64,000 nucleotides of DNA from Defluviitaleaceae bacterium (GTDB lineage: Bacteria > Bacillota > Clostridia > Lachnospirales > WRAX01), in the NCBI GenBank assembly GCA_009784615.1, contig WRBJ01000006.1, positions 5,760-69,759 of the forward strand, given 5' to 3'. A program made the position numbers and the translations under genes. Below, one piece after another: positions 58,651 to 64,000 of this stretch (the stretch's first letter is position 1; every line of letters starts with the position of its first letter). Under the pieces are notes generated by a model. That model saw only the letters and a program-made list of their open reading frames with translations, was not told where the DNA came from and ran no database searches.

Positions 58651-59841
58651 ATGAAAATTTTAGTGCTAAATTGCGGTTCTTCTTCATTGAAGTATCAGCT
58701 TGTTGATATGCAAACCGAGCAAGCTCTTGCAAAGGGTCTTGTAGAGCGCATTGGTATCGAAAACTCCCGCATTGTTCACCAAAAGGGCGAGGGCGAAAAA
58801 GTTACGATAGAACAAGACATCCCTAACCATCAAGTAGCAGTACAATTGGCCATTGACGCACTTTTGCACACCGGCCACGGCGTTATTACGGATGTAAAAG
58901 AAATTTCTGCCGCAGGTCACCGAGTTGTCCACGGCGGCGAAAACTTTTCACAAGCAGCTATTGTAACAGATGAAGTAAAAAAAGCAATTGCAGAATGTTC
59001 TTCGCTTGCTCCGCTTCACAACCCAGCTAATTTGGTAGGTATAGAAGCCTGCGAAAAAATTCTTGATGTTAAACAGGTTGTGGTATTTGACACCGCTTTC
59101 CATCAAACAATGCCAGAAAAAGCGTTTATGTACGCACTTCCCTATGGTTTGTATGAAAAATATAAGGTTCGCCGTTATGGTTTTCACGGCACAAGCCACA
59201 AATACGTTTCTGTGCAAGCAGCGGCACTTTTGGGTAAACCGATTGCTGACCTAAAGCTAATTTCTTGTCATCTTGGTAATGGTGCATCTGTTTGTGCCAT
59301 CAATGCAGGTAAATGCATAGACACTTCTATGGGCTTAACTCCGCTTGAAGGTTTAATTATGGGCACAAGAACAGGTGATATGGATCCAGCCGCCGTAACT
59401 TTTGTTATGGAAAAAGAAAAACTATCACCCGCTGGTATGGACGATTTGATGAACAAAACCAGCGGTGTACACGGTGTTTCTGGCGTTTCTAGCGATTTTA
59501 GGGATTTAGAGCAAGCGGCGACTGATGGTAATGAGCGTGCAAAATTAGCCCTTGACATGTATGCGTATCGTGTTGCAAAATACATTGGTGCCTATACTGC
59601 GGCAATGAATGGCGTTGACGCAATAATTTTTACAGCAGGTGTTGGCGAAAACGGCGCAAGCACCCGCAAAGATATTTGCGAATATTTAGGCTATCTTGGT
59701 GTTTCCATCAATGATGAGAGAAACGGAAAACGTGGTATAGAAATTGATATTTCTGCCGACAATGCAAAAACTCGTGTTGTGGTTATTCCAACCAATGAAG
59801 AACTAACAATCGCAAGGGAAACTTTACAATTAATAAAATAG
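58651..59841 (+). CDS. ackA: Acetate kinase
   Basis: LVLNCGSSSLK, GHRVVHGG, APLHNP, FDTAFH, YGFHGTSH, HLGNG, PTNEE. Confidence 0.98.
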   Translation: MKILVLNCGSSSLKYQLVDMQTEQALAKGLVERIGIENSRIVHQKGEGEKVTIEQDIPNHQVAVQLAIDALLHTGHGVITDVKEISAAGHRVVHGGENFSQAAIVTDEVKKAIAECSSLAPLHNPANLVGIEACEKILDVKQVVVFDTAFHQTMPEKAFMYALPYGLYEKYKVRRYGFHGTSHKYVSVQAAALLGKPIADLKLISCHLGNGASVCAINAGKCIDTSMGLTPLEGLIMGTRTGDMDPAAVTFVMEKEKLSPAGMDDLMNKTSGVHGVSGVSSDFRDLEQAATDGNERAKLALDMYAYRVAKYIGAYTAAMNGVDAIIFTAGVGENGASTRKDICEYLGYLGVSINDERNGKRGIEIDISADNAKTRVVVIPTNEELTIARETLQLIK

Positions 59842-59856
59842 TAGGAAGTGTTTTAT

Positions 59857-60048
59857 ATGAAAAAAATACGGATTGAAATGCGGCTTGGGTTTTTATTTAT
59901 TGCTTTAATGGGGATTTTTAATGTGCTGATACCTATTGAATTTTTGGCGGGTTTGTTCTGTGCATTAGGCATTATAGGCATTATTGTTGGCTCTTTGCCT
60001 AAAAGCAATCCCATCCGTTTACAAGTTTTTAATAATAAGCATAATTAA
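59857..60048 (+). CDS. Small two-TM hypothetical membrane protein
   Basis: Two hydrophobic segments; fills the ackA-yceD gap. Confidence 0.5.
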   Translation: MKKIRIEMRLGFLFIALMGIFNVLIPIEFLAGLFCALGIIGIIVGSLPKSNPIRLQVFNNKHN

Positions 60049-60087
60049 CTATTGACAATTTAGTAAAATTGTGATATTTTAGCGGGA

Positions 60088-60585
60088 GTGCCTATGTACG
60101 ACATTAGAAAAATTGGCAAAAATGGCATTGAGGTAAGGCAAGAGCTAGATATATCGATTCCTCACGTTTTTGGGGCGGGTGAACAAACAAATGTTGCGTT
60201 TGTCGGTCGCCTTGTGAATGTGGGTAATCATACATTTATCCTTGAAGGTGAGGGAAGTTGTGTATTTGCAACTTTCTGTAGCCGCTGTTTAAAGCCTTGC
60301 GAAAATGCAATTGAATTTTCTGTTGTAGAAAATTTTGTGGAAAGCGGCACAATAGAACCCGATTATTGCGACATTGTGTTTGACGACGAAAACATCAACA
60401 TTATGCCTGCAATAGAGCGTAATCTATATGCTAATATTCCATACCAATTTTTGTGTAATGAAGAATGTGCGGGGCTGTGCATACATTGCGGTACGGATTT
60501 AAACCGCAATAATTGCGACTGCAATAACAAACCGACGGGGGTTTTCGCCGATTTGTTATCTGAAATTAATACAGGAGGTGTATAA
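60088..60585 (+). CDS. YceD/DUF177 family protein
   Basis: CSRCL, LC.E.C.GLC..CG.DLN...C.C; upstream of rpmF. Confidence 0.9.
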   Translation: MPMYDIRKIGKNGIEVRQELDISIPHVFGAGEQTNVAFVGRLVNVGNHTFILEGEGSCVFATFCSRCLKPCENAIEFSVVENFVESGTIEPDYCDIVFDDENINIMPAIERNLYANIPYQFLCNEECAGLCIHCGTDLNRNNCDCNNKPTGVFADLLSEINTGGV

Positions 60586-60587
60586 TT

Positions 60588-60767
60588 ATGATAGGACCAA
60601 AGAATAAAAGTTCTAAGGGTCGTCGTAACAAAAGACGTGCTCAGAGCTTTAGAATAGCAAAGGCTACTTTGGCAACTTGCCCAACTTGCAATGAATTAAA
60701 ATTACCACACACAATTTGCAAAATGTGCGGTCATTATAAAAAAGTAGAATACATTAAGAAGGACTAA
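60588..60767 (+). CDS. rpmF: 50S ribosomal protein L32, Zn-ribbon form (not in the ORF track)
   Basis: MIGPKNKSSKGRRNKRRA...CPTC..LKLPHTICKMCGHYK; RBS aggaggtg. Confidence 0.96.
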   Translation: MIGPKNKSSKGRRNKRRAQSFRIAKATLATCPTCNELKLPHTICKMCGHYKKVEYIKKD

Positions 60768-60772
60768 TTGCT

Positions 60773-61795
60773 ATGAGCGTAATAATTGCCGTTGATGCTA
60801 TGGGTGCCGATGCAGGTCCGCAGGTCGCTGTACTTGGAGCTTTGCAGGCTTTAGCGACTACCAAAATAGATAAAATTGTTTTGGTAGGTCGTGAATCTGA
60901 AATTACACCTATTTTATCCTCAAATCCATACGACACCACTCGCATTGAGGTTGTTAATGCGACAGAGGTTATAGATACAGAAGAATCGCCCGTTGCCGCA
61001 ATCAAGGCAAAAAAAGATTCTTCTATCGTCGTTGGTCTTAATTTGGTTAAAAACGGCAAGGCTCACGCTTTTGTTTCTGCTGGTTCAACAGGTGCGCTTT
61101 TAACAGGGGCAACCACAATTGTTGGACGCATAAAAGGTATAAAGCGTCCAGCATTAGGCGTTTTGTTGCCTAACACAACCAGTGGATACACGTTTTTGAT
61201 TGATGCTGGTGCAAATGTTGACGTTAAGCCTGAATATTTACTACAATTTGCACAAATGGGTTCTGTTTATATGGAACATATTATGGGCATAAAATCTCCT
61301 AAAGTCGGGCTAGTAAATATAGGCGTTGAAAAAGAAAAAGGCAACGCTCTTACAAAAGCGGCTTACGAGTTGCTTGATGCCAGCAATGTAAACTTTGCTG
61401 GCAACCTAGAGGCTCGTGAGCTTCCGTCAGGTGCTTGCGATGTGGCAGTCTGCGATGCTTTTGTAGGCAACATTATATTAAAATATGCCGAAGGGCTTGC
61501 CAAAGGTATTTTTGGTATGATAAAACAACAGCTAATGGCAAAATTTAGCACAAAATTGGGCGCTTTGCTTGCAAAGCCTGCCTTTGGGAAAATCCGAAAG
61601 AGTTTTGATTATGCCGAGGTTGGCGGTGCGGCTTTTATCGGGCTTAATGGCTTGGTTGTTAAAGCACACGGCTCATCAAATGCCAAGGCTATTATGAACT
61701 CTATCATACAATGCGAAAAATTTATATCAGCTGACGTTGTTGGCAAAATAAAAGAAGTTATTGACTTAAAAGGGGATGACACAAATGGTATTTGA
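60773..61795 (+). CDS. plsX: Phosphate acyltransferase PlsX
   Basis: IAVDAMG.D, SAGSTGA, IKRPAL, DAGAN, NIG.E..KG, KAHGSS. Confidence 0.97.
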   Translation: MSVIIAVDAMGADAGPQVAVLGALQALATTKIDKIVLVGRESEITPILSSNPYDTTRIEVVNATEVIDTEESPVAAIKAKKDSSIVVGLNLVKNGKAHAFVSAGSTGALLTGATTIVGRIKGIKRPALGVLLPNTTSGYTFLIDAGANVDVKPEYLLQFAQMGSVYMEHIMGIKSPKVGLVNIGVEKEKGNALTKAAYELLDASNVNFAGNLEARELPSGACDVAVCDAFVGNIILKYAEGLAKGIFGMIKQQLMAKFSTKLGALLAKPAFGKIRKSFDYAEVGGAAFIGLNGLVVKAHGSSNAKAIMNSIIQCEKFISADVVGKIKEVIDLKGDDTNGI

Positions 61796-62015
61796 AAAAA
61801 TTAGAGAAATTACCGCAGAGCATCTAGGTAAAGAAGAAGCAGAGATTACAATGGAAACGCATTTCACAGATGATTTGGGTGCGGATTCTTTGGACTTGTT
61901 CCAAATTATTTCGGAGCTTGAAGAAGCATTTGACATTGAATTTTCTCAAGAAGATGGTAATGCAATTGCGACCGTTGGTGATGCAGTAAAATACATCGAA
62001 GGCTTGAAAAAGTAA
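61785..62015 (+). CDS. acpP: Acyl carrier protein
   Basis: [24 protein letters not shown]. Confidence 0.96.
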   Translation: MVFEKIREITAEHLGKEEAEITMETHFTDDLGADSLDLFQIISELEEAFDIEFSQEDGNAIATVGDAVKYIEGLKK

Positions 62016-62704
62016 TGAAACGTAAGAGTTTTGAAAAAATAATCGGCTATGGGTTTAAAAATGCGGCGTTGTTAGACAATGCATTAATTCATAGCTCTTT
62101 TGTGAACGAAAATAAAGCAAACCCCAAGAATCACAATGAAAGGTTGGAGTTTCTTGGGGATGCTGTGCTTGAGCTTGTTGCAAGCGATTATATCTTTAAT
62201 AATTTTCCAGAACTTTCAGAAGGCGAGATGACAAAACTGCGTGCAGGCGTTGTTTGTGAGCCTTCTTTGGCGGATTGCGCTCGCAAAATACGCTTAGGTG
62301 ATTTTATCAAACTAGGCAAGGGCGAAGTGGCAAATGGCGGCGGACAACGTGATTCTGTACTGTCCGATGCCTACGAAGCTGTCATTGGCGCAATTTACCT
62401 TGACGGAGGCTACAATTCTGCTCGTGATTTTATTTTATCAGCATTAAAAGAAGACATTCACTCGCAAAAAGGTTTACGGTGGATAGCAGATTGTAAAACC
62501 CATTTACAGGAACAATTGCAAAAATACAGCCAATCACCTATCGAATATTACGTTATTAAAGAAGAAGGACCCGAACACGAAAAAATTTTTTACGTCGAAC
62601 TTGCTCACGAAGGCAAAATAATGGCGCAGGGCAATGGTCGCAATAAAAAAGAAGCGGAACAATCTGCCGCAAGGATTGCAATAGAAAAATATAAACTTTA
62701 TTAA
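62015..62704 (+). CDS. rnc: Ribonuclease III
   Basis: HNERLEFLGDAVL, EGEMTKLR, D..EA.IGAIYLD, C-terminal dsRBD. Confidence 0.97.
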   Translation: MKRKSFEKIIGYGFKNAALLDNALIHSSFVNENKANPKNHNERLEFLGDAVLELVASDYIFNNFPELSEGEMTKLRAGVVCEPSLADCARKIRLGDFIKLGKGEVANGGGQRDSVLSDAYEAVIGAIYLDGGYNSARDFILSALKEDIHSQKGLRWIADCKTHLQEQLQKYSQSPIEYYVIKEEGPEHEKIFYVELAHEGKIMAQGNGRNKKEAEQSAARIAIEKYKLY

Positions 62705-62748
62705 AATTTAATCAGACTTTTAGAAAACAATTACGTATATATTACCAA

Positions 62749-62846
62749 CAAAGGGAGTAGCGGGCGTTTTATCGCCGACTGTGTTCGTCATCACGGTTTA
62801 AAACCCGGACACATCACATCATTAGTTATGATGGCGCAAGACTTTG
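62749..62846 (+). ncRNA. yybP-ykoY manganese riboswitch
   Basis: caaagggagtagc...cgtcatcacg...ccgg...gcaagactttg four-way-junction pattern; overlapping terminator gcgcaagac...gtcttgcgc-tttt (62834-62875). Confidence 0.88.
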
Positions 62847-62904
62847 GCTTGAAAGGGCTATCGTCTTGCGCTTTTATAATTCTTATTTTAAAAGGAGGAA
62901 AAAA

Positions 62905-63816
62905 ATGAACAAAAACAAAGAAAGAGCAAAAGGCGCAATATTTGGCGCAGTAGTTGTTGCGGCAATAAGTGTCATTGCAGTGCCTATTTTGGCACGTGTA
63001 GCACAAGAAACTATTACGGTAAACTTTAACGACATAAGCATTGCCGTAGATGGTGAAACACTACACCTTGAATACGAGCCGTTTATATTTAACGGACGCA
63101 CATATTTACCTGTGCGTAGCTTTTCAGAAGCATTGGGCTTTGAAGTAACTTTTGATGACGCAACAAACACAGTGCATTTGACATCTGCTGTACCTGAAAT
63201 TATCGAAGAAACTGTAAATCTTAATGTTGTACCAAATTATCCCGCACATCAAAGCAATATAACCATACCTACAAATATCGTACCCAGAGCAGCGGCAAGA
63301 AGCGGCGCACCTACAAACCCAGCAATAACAGCCCAAAGAGCCGTCGAGATGGCTCGTGACCACCTTATAGAAATAGGTGTAGCAACTGCCCGCTTCGACT
63401 ATATTTATATGGATTTAGAACGTGGCGATTGGGTTTGGAGTGTTGAATTTGACGGACAAGGCAGAAGTTTCGAGTTTTATATTGACGTTAATACTGGTGT
63501 ATTTGTACAAGCACCACAGATGGTAAATTCAAACATCCCGCAAACCACGCAAGCCACTCAACCGCAAATGCAGACCCAAAGTAACCGCCCAACAAACCCT
63601 AATATTTCACGTGAACAAGCTATTGAAATTGCATATGCTCATTTAGCACAACAGGGTATAAACGCAACTTTTCGCAGTCATTCGGGTATGAATTTAGAGC
63701 GTGGTCAATGGGTTTGGGAGCTATTATTTAGAACCAGCGGCGAAAGAATGCCTTTTATCGAGTTCTACATAAGCGTAGATGACGGCAGTATTGTAAAAAT
63801 GGAATGGGATGACTAG
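62905..63816 (+). CDS. Secreted stalk-domain protein with two PepSY domains
   Basis: Signal/TM segment; PFIFNGRTYLPVR..SEALG..V.FD stalk motif; two I(T/S)...A.E.A..HL...LERG.WVW...F...EFYI....G repeats. Confidence 0.85.
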   Translation: MNKNKERAKGAIFGAVVVAAISVIAVPILARVAQETITVNFNDISIAVDGETLHLEYEPFIFNGRTYLPVRSFSEALGFEVTFDDATNTVHLTSAVPEIIEETVNLNVVPNYPAHQSNITIPTNIVPRAAARSGAPTNPAITAQRAVEMARDHLIEIGVATARFDYIYMDLERGDWVWSVEFDGQGRSFEFYIDVNTGVFVQAPQMVNSNIPQTTQATQPQMQTQSNRPTNPNISREQAIEIAYAHLAQQGINATFRSHSGMNLERGQWVWELLFRTSGERMPFIEFYISVDDGSIVKMEWDD

Positions 63817-63827
63817 GAGGAAAAATA

Positions 63828-64000
63828 ATGGATAACGGAGCAAGACCCACAGAAACAATAGCCAGAAAGAAAAAGCCAGTTTTGGCTGTGGCGGCAATAG
63901 TTTTGTTGATTATTGCGGCTGTGATAACTTTCTTTATGTGGCCAGGCAGTATTTCACGTGATGAAGCGACAAATATTGCAATAGAACATATTGGCGGCGG
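63828..64000 (+). CDS. Membrane-anchored PepSY-like protein (partial, runs off the window)
   Basis: RBS aggagg; MDNG...TM...ISRDEATNIAIEHIGG. Confidence 0.7.
   Translation, partial: MDNGARPTETIARKKKPVLAVAAIVLLIIAAVITFFMWPGSISRDEATNIAIEHIGG

Noticed and set aside
1-64000. CRISPR array, prophage, intact IS or integrase
   Set aside because: No regularly spaced repeats and no ORF with cas, phage, transposase or recombinase motifs was seen

Overview
A low-GC, spore-forming Clostridia-type chromosomal segment (lineage inferred from gene content and synteny), mostly housekeeping and co-oriented on the + strand. It carries an Mrp-type antiporter subunit, MATE, Rrf2-nifS-nifU, feoAB, folC and THF-riboswitch-controlled folT, ligA, smpB, dprA-topA, soluble and membrane pyrophosphatases, an orphan DNA methyltransferase, tRNA-Sec plus a selD with an in-frame UGA (Sec), ylxM-ffh-rpsP-khpA-rimM-trmD, mtaB-ireB-ruvX-rnj-mltG-U32, sepF-yggT, a nadD-yqeK fusion, a lone type II topoisomerase B subunit, cheR-cheA-cheW and ackA-yceD-rpmF-plsX-acpP-rnc. 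No CRISPR array, prophage or intact transposase was seen. The best leads are (i) an orphan riboswitch-like leader (LOOT-motif candidate) with a terminator/antiterminator switch in front of a TM1266-family gene and an ABC importer of unknown substrate; (ii) a yybP-ykoY Mn2+ ON-riboswitch in front of secreted PepSY-domain genes rather than a metal exporter; (iii) the recoded selenoprotein SelD near selC; (iv) homopolymer-associated frameshifts confined to accessory genes; and (v) candidate DnaA, WalR and Rex boxes and small ORFs below the ORF-track cutoff. All family assignments come from motif recognition by eye; no database searches were run.
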